Made by a program: the position numbers and the translations under genes
Source: Spirochaetaceae bacterium
GTDB lineage: Bacteria; Spirochaetota; Spirochaetia; DSM-2461
NCBI GenBank assembly: GCA_051531975.1
Contig: JAOPTT010000007.1
Span: 184,985 to 248,984, forward strand
Length of the DNA stretch: 64,000 nucleotides
Direction of reading: 5' to 3'
The notes under the pieces: model-generated
Databases searched by the model: none
What the model was told of the DNA's origin: nothing
What the model saw: the letters and a program-made list of their open reading frames with translations, nothing else
Shown: positions 31,466 to 40,054 of the stretch, piece after piece
Position numbering within the stretch: the first letter of the stretch is position 1
Layout: the number at the start of each line of letters is the position of its first letter

Positions 31466-32808
31466 AATTAAATATTAAAATAGTATCGTTATTCCTACTG
31501 TTTATAAGTTCAATTACTGTATTAACAGCCCAGGTTGAACTTTATCCATCTGGTTATATAACACATGCTGACTATGTTACCTGGGGTGCAGATGATCCAT
31601 TGGATGCCGCAGTTATTATGGGATCAGTTAATTTAGATGGTACCATTTTAGATGCCCAGTTTAGACTCTCTTTAGAGCTCTATTCTAATATTGCTGGAAT
31701 TATGGATGATACTGATTATTCTGATTATTGGTATTATCCAGCCGCATACGAAGGTATTTTTAATGACAGAACTATGTTTTCTGCTGACTTGAAAGAGGCA
31801 TGGTTAGGTTTTGCACTTGGAGATTTTGATTTAAATATTGGGAAACAGATATTAACCTGGGGTCAGGCTGATGGTACTAATCCTACAGATAATATTAACC
31901 CTAAATACATAGGTACTAGAAGTGTTTCCGGTTCAATGGAAAAGAAGATGGGTGTTCTAATGGCAAACATTGTCTATTATATGCCAATTCTAGATGGAAA
32001 TATCCAGGGGGTATTTATGCCTTTGGCCTCTTCTAATGACATGCCAATATCTGAGGATTATATTGAAATAGAAGAACCAGATATAGCAATTGAAAATATG
32101 GAAGGTGGAATTCGGGCCTTAGTTTATCCAGGATCTGTTAGTCTATCTGCTAGTTATTTAACTATCTTAGATCGTTATCCTACAGATGCAATGGAGACAA
32201 TGGTCATGCCTCCATCATTTACATACTCTATCCCAACAGTTTTAGGATACAATAGACAACACATCATCGGTTTTGATGCTGTATGGTTAGTTGGTGGTTT
32301 TGATCTTAGAACAGAGTGGGCTTATACCATTACTGACGATACCCATGGAACTGATGTTTATTCACAAAATCCATTCCTAAATGGTGTAGTACAAGGTAGT
32401 AGAAGCTTTTTTGATGGGACAACTAGTGTATCTCTATCTTGGGCTCCTAAATACATTACTAACTTCGAGGACCCATATATTCCTGAATCAATGCCCTTTT
32501 TAAGTAACCTCTACATGGGGCAAGGTTATGAATGGGAAAATATGGTTGGAATACGAATCCAATCTAAGTTCTTAAATGAAACTCTTCAGCCAGAAGCTAT
32601 GTTTTTAGCTGCTTTATCTGCTAAGGATCATCTGACAACAGCAGGTGTCTCGTATAACCTCGCAGATGGGTGGAACCTAAAACTTGGAGTAAGTTTATAT
32701 GGATCATTTTTAGAAGAGTCAGATACAGATAGACAGCTTGGAGTCTTTGGCAATGATAACATGATTGATAGCGACTCAATTTATTTTCAGATTCGATTAG
32801 ATTTATAA
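31462..32808 (+). CDS. Putative outer-membrane beta-barrel protein (DUF1302-like)
   Basis: Signal peptide; LKEAWL...IGKQILTWGQADG..PTD.INP motif; C-terminal beta-strand IYFQIRLDL. Confidence 0.65.
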   Translation: MKLNIKIVSLFLLFISSITVLTAQVELYPSGYITHADYVTWGADDPLDAAVIMGSVNLDGTILDAQFRLSLELYSNIAGIMDDTDYSDYWYYPAAYEGIFNDRTMFSADLKEAWLGFALGDFDLNIGKQILTWGQADGTNPTDNINPKYIGTRSVSGSMEKKMGVLMANIVYYMPILDGNIQGVFMPLASSNDMPISEDYIEIEEPDIAIENMEGGIRALVYPGSVSLSASYLTILDRYPTDAMETMVMPPSFTYSIPTVLGYNRQHIIGFDAVWLVGGFDLRTEWAYTITDDTHGTDVYSQNPFLNGVVQGSRSFFDGTTSVSLSWAPKYITNFEDPYIPESMPFLSNLYMGQGYEWENMVGIRIQSKFLNETLQPEAMFLAALSAKDHLTTAGVSYNLADGWNLKLGVSLYGSFLEESDTDRQLGVFGNDNMIDSDSIYFQIRLDL

Positions 32809-32818
32809 CATGATATAA

Positions 32819-32848
32819 TAAACACTAGGGGATAATTCCTAGTGTTTA
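32819..32848 (+). terminator. Intrinsic terminator
   Basis: TAAACACTAGG-8 nt-CCTAGTGTTTA after the operon. Confidence 0.7.
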
Positions 32849-32920
32849 CTTAAAAAAAATCATACTAAAGTAGTATTTTCCTTATTTCTATAAAATGAAT
32901 AATAATATTAGAGGTTCCAA

Positions 32921-33448
32921 ATGAAAGAAGTGATAAAATATAAAATAGCTATAGAGTCGGAAAGACTTTTACTAAGAAATCTAACCCCACTAGATAAGGA
33001 TTTTCTTCTGGATCTTTGGACCAATGACCAAGTTACAAAATATATGGGAGGTCCTAGATTAAGAGATAAATTATCTATTAGTTTAGATGAAGATATAACT
33101 GAACCGTATAAATATGAATTTGACTTGTGGATATTAGTTGATAAATCTACAGGTAAATCTATAGGACACTGTGGTTTATTAGATAAGGAAGTAGAAGGTA
33201 ATAGTGAAATTGAAGTGGTTTATGTTATAGATCCTAATTTTTGGGGAAAGGGATATGCTACAGAGATTTCAAAAGCAGTCATAGACTATGCTTTTAGTAC
33301 AAAAAAATTAAACAGAGTAATTGCTTTAATAAAACCAAATAATATTGCATCAGAAAAGGTAGCCAGTAATTGTGGAATGGTTCATGAAAAAGATGTTGTA
33401 AGAGAAACTGGTATTAATATGAAACTTTATTCAAAAAGTAGTTTATAA
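32921..33448 (+). CDS. GNAT N-acetyltransferase, RimJ/RimL family
   Basis: IESERLLLR, FWGKGYATE, NIASEKVA. Confidence 0.9.
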   Translation: MKEVIKYKIAIESERLLLRNLTPLDKDFLLDLWTNDQVTKYMGGPRLRDKLSISLDEDITEPYKYEFDLWILVDKSTGKSIGHCGLLDKEVEGNSEIEVVYVIDPNFWGKGYATEISKAVIDYAFSTKKLNRVIALIKPNNIASEKVASNCGMVHEKDVVRETGINMKLYSKSSL

Positions 33449-33868
33449 TAACTCTTCCATTAAAGTATCAATACTATCTAAACAGAGCTTTAATTTCTCA
33501 TCAGTCCATACTTTATCCCTAGAGAAGAAGTTCTTCTTCATATTCGATAAAAAGTATTCAACCTTACTATTTCCTAATTTTGTTAGAGCTAACTCTGTTT
33601 GTCTCTTATCCGATTGTGACGTTTTTTTCTCTATGAACCCTTTAACTGTAAGCTTTTTTACTTCTCGGCTGCAGTTTGGTAGATTTATATTTAAACACTG
33701 ACTTAAGCTACTCACATTTTTAGAACAGCTAAAATATAGAACCTTTAAAAGATTAAGTTGTAAGTCTGTTACATCAATATAGTTCTCTGGGCTATCTAGA
33801 GCAACTTCGAGCTCGTATACTTTTGATATTAAACTAACAGTTTTGTTAAATAGATCGTCCTTCATCAT
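33443..33868 (-). CDS. MarR family regulator
   Basis: VTDLQLNLL...SREVKKL..KGFIEK...DKRQ..L.LT; likely start MMKDDL at 33868. Confidence 0.85.
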   Translation of the reverse strand: MMKDDLFNKTVSLISKVYELEVALDSPENYIDVTDLQLNLLKVLYFSCSKNVSSLSQCLNINLPNCSREVKKLTVKGFIEKKTSQSDKRQTELALTKLGNSKVEYFLSNMKKNFFSRDKVWTDEKLKLCLDSIDTLMEELL

Positions 33869-33888
33869 ATTATATAATCTCATTAATA

Positions 33889-33949
33889 TTATCAAATAAC
33901 AATTATCAATTGACAACTATTGTTGTTTGGGTATATTATCAAATGATAA
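33889..33949. promoter_or_regulatory. Three MarR-type operators TTATCA-NN-TGATAA
   Basis: TTATCAAATAACAA 33889-33902, TTATCAATTGACAA 33903-33916, TTATCAAATGATAA 33936-33949, overlapping TTGACA at 33910. Confidence 0.7.
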
Positions 33950-33968
33950 GTAATTATAGGAGAATAAA

Positions 33969-34553
33969 ATGAATGTATTAATAATATATACACACCCTAA
34001 TAGAAAAAGTTTAAATGGTGGATTTTTAGAAAAAACAGTTGAGGGATTAAAACTCAATAGTAGTGTTCAAAACATTGAAGTTTTAGATCTATATCAAGAA
34101 AACTTTAATCCTGCACTGATTTTTAATGAAGATAAAAGAAGAAGAGATATGTTTAAAGATCCACTTTTAAACAGATATAGAGATCAGATAACTAAATCAG
34201 ATAAAATAGTTTTTATTTATCCTATTTGGTGGGGAAGACCACCTGCTATGTTGTTAGGTTTTTTTGATCAATTATTTGCAACCAACTTTGCATATAAATA
34301 TGAGAAAGGGCAGATTATGCCTACAGGTCTATTAAAAGGTAAAAAGGTAATCTGTATTTCTACAATGAAGGGTCCAGCAGGATATTTACGTCTGTTATAT
34401 GGTAATGTTCACCAAGTTTTAATGAAGAAAGTACTGCTTAGTTTTGTAGGGATAAAAAAGGTTCGATTCTTGGAATTTGGTAATATGGAAGCTAATAATG
34501 GCAAACAGGAACTATATTTAGAGAAGACAAAAAACATAATGGCCAAATTATAG
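33969..34553 (+). CDS. NAD(P)H dehydrogenase (quinone), flavodoxin-2 family
   Basis: IIYTHPNRKSLN, YPIWWGRPPAMLLGFFD, GLLKGKK. Confidence 0.9.
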   Translation: MNVLIIYTHPNRKSLNGGFLEKTVEGLKLNSSVQNIEVLDLYQENFNPALIFNEDKRRRDMFKDPLLNRYRDQITKSDKIVFIYPIWWGRPPAMLLGFFDQLFATNFAYKYEKGQIMPTGLLKGKKVICISTMKGPAGYLRLLYGNVHQVLMKKVLLSFVGIKKVRFLEFGNMEANNGKQELYLEKTKNIMAKL

Positions 34554-34617
34554 GTTAAAACAGTACTATAGGAGTATAGAGTCAAATTCCAAGGTCATCT
34601 ATACTTCTTAATAGAAG

Positions 34618-35130
34618 GTGAATATGGATATAAAATTAATTAGTAAAAATGATAAAGAAGCTCTTTTTGATTTTGAAGTAAGAAATAGAGATTGGTTTGA
34701 GCAGAGTGTTCCCCCACGACCAACCGGTTATTTTAAGTATGAAAGTTTTTCTAATATAATAGACTCTCTATTAGCTGAACAATTACAAGGTCTCTGCTAT
34801 TTATATGTAATTTATCAAAACAACAAAATTGTAGGGAGGGTAAATATCTCAGCAATTAATTCTGAGGTTGGAGATATTGGTTATAGGGTTTGTAAAGATC
34901 ATATAGGGCAAGGAATTGGAACAAAAGCACTTAGGTTTTTAATCAAAAATGCTAAAGATGTACATGGCCTTAAATCCTTAACAGCTAAAACAACACCGGA
35001 TAACTATGGTTCTCAAAGGGTTATGGAGAAGTGTGGTTTTAATTATGTTAAAACAGAAAAAAATGCTGGGACTCTAAACAATAAAAGTATAGACTTTGTA
35101 TGTTATCAGTTACATATTTGTAGTATCTGA
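34618..35130 (+). CDS. GNAT N-acetyltransferase, RimJ family
   Basis: NRDWF, IVGRVNI, IGYRV...GQGIGT, N.GSQRVMEKCGF. Confidence 0.88.
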   Translation: MNMDIKLISKNDKEALFDFEVRNRDWFEQSVPPRPTGYFKYESFSNIIDSLLAEQLQGLCYLYVIYQNNKIVGRVNISAINSEVGDIGYRVCKDHIGQGIGTKALRFLIKNAKDVHGLKSLTAKTTPDNYGSQRVMEKCGFNYVKTEKNAGTLNNKSIDFVCYQLHICSI

Positions 35131-35274
35131 TGCTTTTAGCTACATTTTTGTAGCATCCTTTTCTGTTGAATTATATCATTCATCCTTTTTTATATTGTCT
35201 CGCACAAATATGTAGCTTTTAAATCGTTGTCCTATATGTATTTAACATGAATATCTTTTTTTCTCTCACATTTT

Positions 35275-35290
35275 TGGCACTCTATTTGCA
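35275..35290 (+). promoter_or_regulatory. sigma54 (-24/-12) promoter of amtB-glnK
   Basis: TGGCAC-TCTAT-TTGCA, an exact match to the TGGCAC-N5-TTGCA consensus, 32 nt upstream of amtB. Confidence 0.85.
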
Positions 35291-35322
35291 TGTATATGAG
35301 TAAATTATGTACGGAGTAAATT

Positions 35323-36651
35323 ATGAAATTATTTGGAAATAGAAAATTAGTTCTGTTGCTTATTATTGGGTTAGTAATCTTAACCCCTGCAGCAGCTGAG
35401 GGTAGCTCACTAAGTAGTTTAACTATTGGTTTAGATACAGTATGGGTTCTTTTAGGGGCCTTTTTAGTATTTTTTATGCAAGCTGGTTTTGGAATGGTCG
35501 AAGCTGGATTTATTAGAGCTAAAAACTCAGTTAATATATTAACTAAGAACTTTTTAGACTTTTGTATGGCATCTATAGGGTTCTTTATTTTTGGTTATGC
35601 AATAATGTTTGGTCAAGGTAACGGTTTTATGGGGTGGACAGGTTTTGCTCTAATTGGTGCAGAGAGTGGAGCAGATGTTCCATTGTTTGCATTCTGGTTA
35701 TTCCAAGCGGCATTTTGTGGTGCAGCAGCAACAATTGTAGCTGGTGGTATGGCAGAAAGAATGAAGTTTAAAGCATATTTAATATACTCATTTTTAATTT
35801 CTGCTTTTGTTTATCCAATAATTGGTCATTGGGTTTGGGGTGGAGGTTGGTTATCGACACTTAACTTTGCCGACTTTGCCGGTTCAGCAGTTGTTCATAC
35901 TACCGGTGGTATTGCCGCTTTAGTTGGGACAATAATATTAAAACCTAGAACAGGAAAATATAGACCTGACGGCAGTGTTAAGATGATTGCCGGTCATAAC
36001 ATTCCTTTAGCATCGTTAGGTGTTTTTATATTATGGTTTGGTTGGTTTGGATTTAATGCTGGATCAACATTAGGTGTAGGTGATGGTTCTCTAATTTCAT
36101 TAGTTGCTATAAATACAAACCTTGCAGCAGCAGCTGGTGGTATTATTGCAATGGTAGTTGTGTGGATAAAATCAGGTAAACCTGACCTTTCCATGGCACT
36201 TAATGGTGCATTAGCAGGTTTAGTTGCAGTTACTGCTCCTTGTGCTTTTATTAGCCCTGTGTCAGCAATCATAATAGGTTCCATTGGTGGTTTTTTAGTT
36301 GTATTTGCATCACTGTTATTAGATAAACTTAAAATAGATGATCCCGTTGGTGCCTTCCCTGTACATGGTGTTAATGGTATATGGGGTGCATTGTCAATTG
36401 GTCTATTTGGTCGAGAGTCTTTAGGATTAACATCAGATGGTCTACTATTTGGTGGTGGATTTGATGTTTTAGGAGTTCAAGCTTTAGGAATTGTTTCAAT
36501 TGTTGCATTTGTAGCAGTTGTAATGGGACTTATATTTTTAATAATTGATAAGACAGTAGGTTTACGAGCATCGGTTGATGAAGAGTATATTGGATTAGAT
36601 ATTGGTGAACATGGACTAGAAGCATATTCTGGCTTCCAGATTATAGAGTAG
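35323..36651 (+). CDS. amtB: Ammonium transporter
   Basis: LVFFMQAGFGMVEAG, DFAGSAVVH, LWFGWFGFNAGS, IDDPVGAFPVHG. Confidence 0.96.
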   Translation: MKLFGNRKLVLLLIIGLVILTPAAAEGSSLSSLTIGLDTVWVLLGAFLVFFMQAGFGMVEAGFIRAKNSVNILTKNFLDFCMASIGFFIFGYAIMFGQGNGFMGWTGFALIGAESGADVPLFAFWLFQAAFCGAAATIVAGGMAERMKFKAYLIYSFLISAFVYPIIGHWVWGGGWLSTLNFADFAGSAVVHTTGGIAALVGTIILKPRTGKYRPDGSVKMIAGHNIPLASLGVFILWFGWFGFNAGSTLGVGDGSLISLVAINTNLAAAAGGIIAMVVVWIKSGKPDLSMALNGALAGLVAVTAPCAFISPVSAIIIGSIGGFLVVFASLLLDKLKIDDPVGAFPVHGVNGIWGALSIGLFGRESLGLTSDGLLFGGGFDVLGVQALGIVSIVAFVAVVMGLIFLIIDKTVGLRASVDEEYIGLDIGEHGLEAYSGFQIIE

Positions 36652-36660
36652 GGGGATTAA

Positions 36661-37002
36661 ATGTACTTAATTACAGCAATGATAAAACCACAAAGGTTTG
36701 AAGAAGTAAAAAAAGAGCTTTTCGAGGCAAATATTCATAAAATGACTGTTACATCAGTAAAAGGTTGTGGTCAGCAAAAAGGTTACGAAGAGTCTTTTAG
36801 GGGAGTAGCCACAGAAGTTAATCTACTTAATAAAATGCGTATTGATATAGCCATAAATGAAGAATTTAAAGATGCAGCTATTGAAGCTATTATTAAAGGT
36901 GCTAGAACTGAAACTATTGGTGACGGTAAAATTTTTGTAACAGAACTTAAAGAGTGTATTAGAATCAGAACCGGGGAAGAAGGTACTGAAGCTATAGGAT
37001 AG
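36661..37002 (+). CDS. glnK: P-II nitrogen regulatory protein
   Basis: MTVTSVKGCGQQKG, IGDGKIFV, RIRTGEEG; linked to amtB. Confidence 0.93.
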   Translation: MYLITAMIKPQRFEEVKKELFEANIHKMTVTSVKGCGQQKGYEESFRGVATEVNLLNKMRIDIAINEEFKDAAIEAIIKGARTETIGDGKIFVTELKECIRIRTGEEGTEAIG

Positions 37003-37111
37003 TACCCAATATGTACTTTTATTGAGTACGTCTTTTGAGTATAAAGAACAAATTCACTATAACTACTCAAAAGTAGTAGTTATAGTAATATCATTCTGTT
37101 AATATGCTTTT

Positions 37112-38200
37112 ATGGAACTAAAGTATAAGCGTGTTATTGAACATTTAATTAATATATTTAATGTAGAATCTTATGTAACTGGTAAACAATTACCAACAGA
37201 ATTTGAAATAATGGATCAGCTTGGTGTTAGTAGAAATACTGTTCGAAAAGCTATTCTTGAGATGGAAAAAGATGGTCTTGTAAAACGTAAACATGGAAGT
37301 GGTACATTTTATGTAGGTAATACTACTCCTGAAATACCATCAGGTGGATTAATTGGTTTAGTTAACTTTTCCGGTATGGGTTATATTTTCCCAGAGATTA
37401 TTAAAGGTGTAGAGGATACACTATATAGTAGTGGGTTTTCTATAGTTTTAGCTGGTAGTTGTAGTGACCCAGAACGAGAGTTGACTTCGTTAAAGCTTTT
37501 AAAAGAGCAAAATGTTAAAGGCTTAATTATGGATCTTTCCCGCTATTTTAATGTCGATACACAGGTTCCAGTCTTAGAGCTTGTTAAATCTTTTAATATC
37601 CCTGTAATAACTACACATTGGAGTGGTACTTTAAAAGAGTTTTCTACGGTTTACATAAACGATGAGTTAGCTGGATATGATGCAACAAATTACCTAATAG
37701 AAAAAGGTCATACTAAGATAGGTATGGTATATAAAAATAATACTCAAGCAGGTTGTTTTAGATATAACGGATATTGTAGAGCGCTAAAAGAGGCTGGTAT
37801 TGCCTATGATGAATCTAAGGTCACAACCTATGCTGATTTTGATGAATCACATGATGTTGCACATGCTTATACATGTACAGAAGAGCTTTTAGATGCAACA
37901 AATAGAGATATAACAGCTATTTTTTATTATACAGATAAGTGTGCAATGGAAGGTTATAAAGCTATTGAGAAAAATGGACTATCAATTCCAAATGATATAT
38001 CTGTTCTAGGATTTGATAATTATCAGTCTTCTATGTTGATTTCTCCTGCTCTTACAACTTTTAACCACCCTAAATATGAATTAGGTCGATGGGCTGCAAA
38101 AATGTTATTAGATGAAATATCTGAAGAAGAAGTTCACCAGGCAAAAAGCCTTAGGTTTGAGCCCCATATTATCGAACGAGATAGTGTAAAAGAGCTGTAG
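37112..38200 (+). CDS. AraR-type regulator (GntR wHTH + LacI-type sensor)
   Basis: QLPTEFE...GVSRNTVRKAI...GSGTF; IPNDISVLGFDN; LTTFNHPK. Confidence 0.92.
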   Translation: MELKYKRVIEHLINIFNVESYVTGKQLPTEFEIMDQLGVSRNTVRKAILEMEKDGLVKRKHGSGTFYVGNTTPEIPSGGLIGLVNFSGMGYIFPEIIKGVEDTLYSSGFSIVLAGSCSDPERELTSLKLLKEQNVKGLIMDLSRYFNVDTQVPVLELVKSFNIPVITTHWSGTLKEFSTVYINDELAGYDATNYLIEKGHTKIGMVYKNNTQAGCFRYNGYCRALKEAGIAYDESKVTTYADFDESHDVAHAYTCTEELLDATNRDITAIFYYTDKCAMEGYKAIEKNGLSIPNDISVLGFDNYQSSMLISPALTTFNHPKYELGRWAAKMLLDEISEEEVHQAKSLRFEPHIIERDSVKEL

Positions 38201-38218
38201 ATTATTTACAGCCCTTTT
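38188..38218. terminator. Bidirectional terminator
   Basis: AAAAGAGCTGTAGA...TTACAGCCCTTTT between convergent genes. Confidence 0.6.
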
Positions 38219-38230
38219 ATTACATAAAAA

Positions 38231-39064
38231 CTAACCTTTAACAGCACCAATAGTTAAACCACTAATTAACTGCTTAGAAAAAAGTATTACAACTATGATT
38301 ATAGGTGTAACCGAGATTGTAATCCCTAGATAAATTGCACCAAAGTTTGTCTCGTAGAGACCTCTAATGTTTGAAACAACAATAGGCATTGGAAATTTAC
38401 TAGCAGAATTAAGCAGAACCAATGGGTTAATAAGGTCATTCCATTTACCAATAAAAGTGAAAATAGACATTGTAGCAATAGAAGGCATTGCTAGAGGAAC
38501 AATTATTCTCCTGAATATATATCCTTCATTAGCTCCATCAATTAGCCCAGCTTCAATTAGTGAATCTGGAATACTAGATTGAATATAGGATCTAATAAAA
38601 AATACCATTGCAGCATTTGCCATATTGGGAACTATTAAGGGTAGGTAAGAGTCTATTAATCCAAGGTTAACACATAGATCATAAAACCCAATTAGCCCTA
38701 GTTGTTGAGGAATCATCATTGTTCCTAGAACAATAAAAAATAGAACCTCTCTACCTTTAAATTTAAACTTAGCAAAACCGTAGGCAGTTAATGTACTAAA
38801 AAATGCAGAAAGTAGTACTGCAGGAACAGCAATTATAATACTGTTAATAAAACCAGCCCAGATGTTAACCTTACCCTGTATAATTTCATAATTTTCTAAT
38901 AGCTGGTCTCCTGGTGTAATCCATATCCCTTGAGAAATCTCAGTATTACTGTGTGTCGAATTTATAACCATCATGTAAAAAGGAACAATACATATAAAAG
39001 CTATAAATATTAAAATCGTATATAAAAGTATTTTTTGAACAAGTGTATTCTTTTCGATTACCAT
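38231..39064 (-). CDS. Carbohydrate ABC permease (MalG-like), copy 1
   Basis: IPDSLIEAGLIDGA; ends GAVKG. Confidence 0.93.
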   Translation of the reverse strand: MVIEKNTLVQKILLYTILIFIAFICIVPFYMMVINSTHSNTEISQGIWITPGDQLLENYEIIQGKVNIWAGFINSIIIAVPAVLLSAFFSTLTAYGFAKFKFKGREVLFFIVLGTMMIPQQLGLIGFYDLCVNLGLIDSYLPLIVPNMANAAMVFFIRSYIQSSIPDSLIEAGLIDGANEGYIFRRIIVPLAMPSIATMSIFTFIGKWNDLINPLVLLNSASKFPMPIVVSNIRGLYETNFGAIYLGITISVTPIIIVVILFSKQLISGLTIGAVKG

Positions 39065-39073
39065 ATATCCCTC

Positions 39074-39961
39074 CTATTCTTTATCAGTTAAAAATTTAAA
39101 CATAAATGCAGATAATATTAAAATTATTATGAACAGTGCATAAGCTAATGCTGCCGCATATCCTAGGTTAAAGTTTTTAAATGCTTGGTTATATAGATAT
39201 AGTACCATTGTTAAAATGGAGTTATCTGGACCACCACGACCATTTGTTAAAACTTTTGGTATGTCGAATATCTGTAGTCCACCAATTAAAGATGTAACCA
39301 TTACATATAACATTGTAGGTTTTAACAGAGGAAGAGTTATACTAAAAAATGCCTGAGATCTTGAGGCACCATCAATATGTGCAGCTTCGTATAATTCAGT
39401 AGAGATCGCATTTAATCCAGCCATCATGATAATCATTGTATAACCAAACCATTGCCACCACTGAATAAAGGAAACTGATCCTTGAACAACTAAACCCATT
39501 GATAGGTAGTTAATAGGTTCTTTAATAATACCAATTGCTAATAAAGCATGGTTTAACGTTCCAAATCTCCAGTCTAAAAGTACAGCAAAAAGCACACCGA
39601 TAGATGAAGCTGTAACTAAGTTAGGTAAAAAATATACAGTACGTAAAGTTTCACGACCTTTAATGTTTTTATTAGTTAAAATTACACCTAAAAGTAGTGC
39701 AAAAACTATTTGAGGGATATAGTTTCCCAGCCATATAAAAAAAGTATTACCAATAGCTTTGTAAAAATACTCATTAGTAAATAATCTCTGATAATTTGCA
39801 AATCCAACAAACTCACTCTCTATCATACTAATAGGTTTTTGAAAGCTTAAGATGAATGAGTAGATAATAGGGTAAACTTGAAATGTTAACATCGCAATAA
39901 AGTAAGGAAGTATAAATAAATAGCCTTTGTTACCACGTTTCTTAAAAAAGTTCTTGAACAT
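39074..39961 (-). CDS. Carbohydrate ABC permease (MalF-like), copy 1
   Basis: ELYEAAHIDGA, ITLPLLKP. Confidence 0.93.
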   Translation of the reverse strand: MFKNFFKKRGNKGYLFILPYFIAMLTFQVYPIIYSFILSFQKPISMIESEFVGFANYQRLFTNEYFYKAIGNTFFIWLGNYIPQIVFALLLGVILTNKNIKGRETLRTVYFLPNLVTASSIGVLFAVLLDWRFGTLNHALLAIGIIKEPINYLSMGLVVQGSVSFIQWWQWFGYTMIIMMAGLNAISTELYEAAHIDGASRSQAFFSITLPLLKPTMLYVMVTSLIGGLQIFDIPKVLTNGRGGPDNSILTMVLYLYNQAFKNFNLGYAAALAYALFIIILILSAFMFKFLTDKE

Positions 39962-39997
39962 AATAATCTCCTCATGTCCTCGTATTATTAAAAAAGT

Positions 39998-40026
39998 AAA
40001 AAATACCGGACATCTCTGCCCGGTAT
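39998..40026 (-). terminator. Intra-operon hairpin/terminator after SBP copy 1
   Basis: ATACCGGGCA-GAGA-TGTCCGGTAT followed by a T run on the minus strand. Confidence 0.7.
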
Positions 40027-40054
40027 CTATAATTTATTTATGCAAAATAATATT

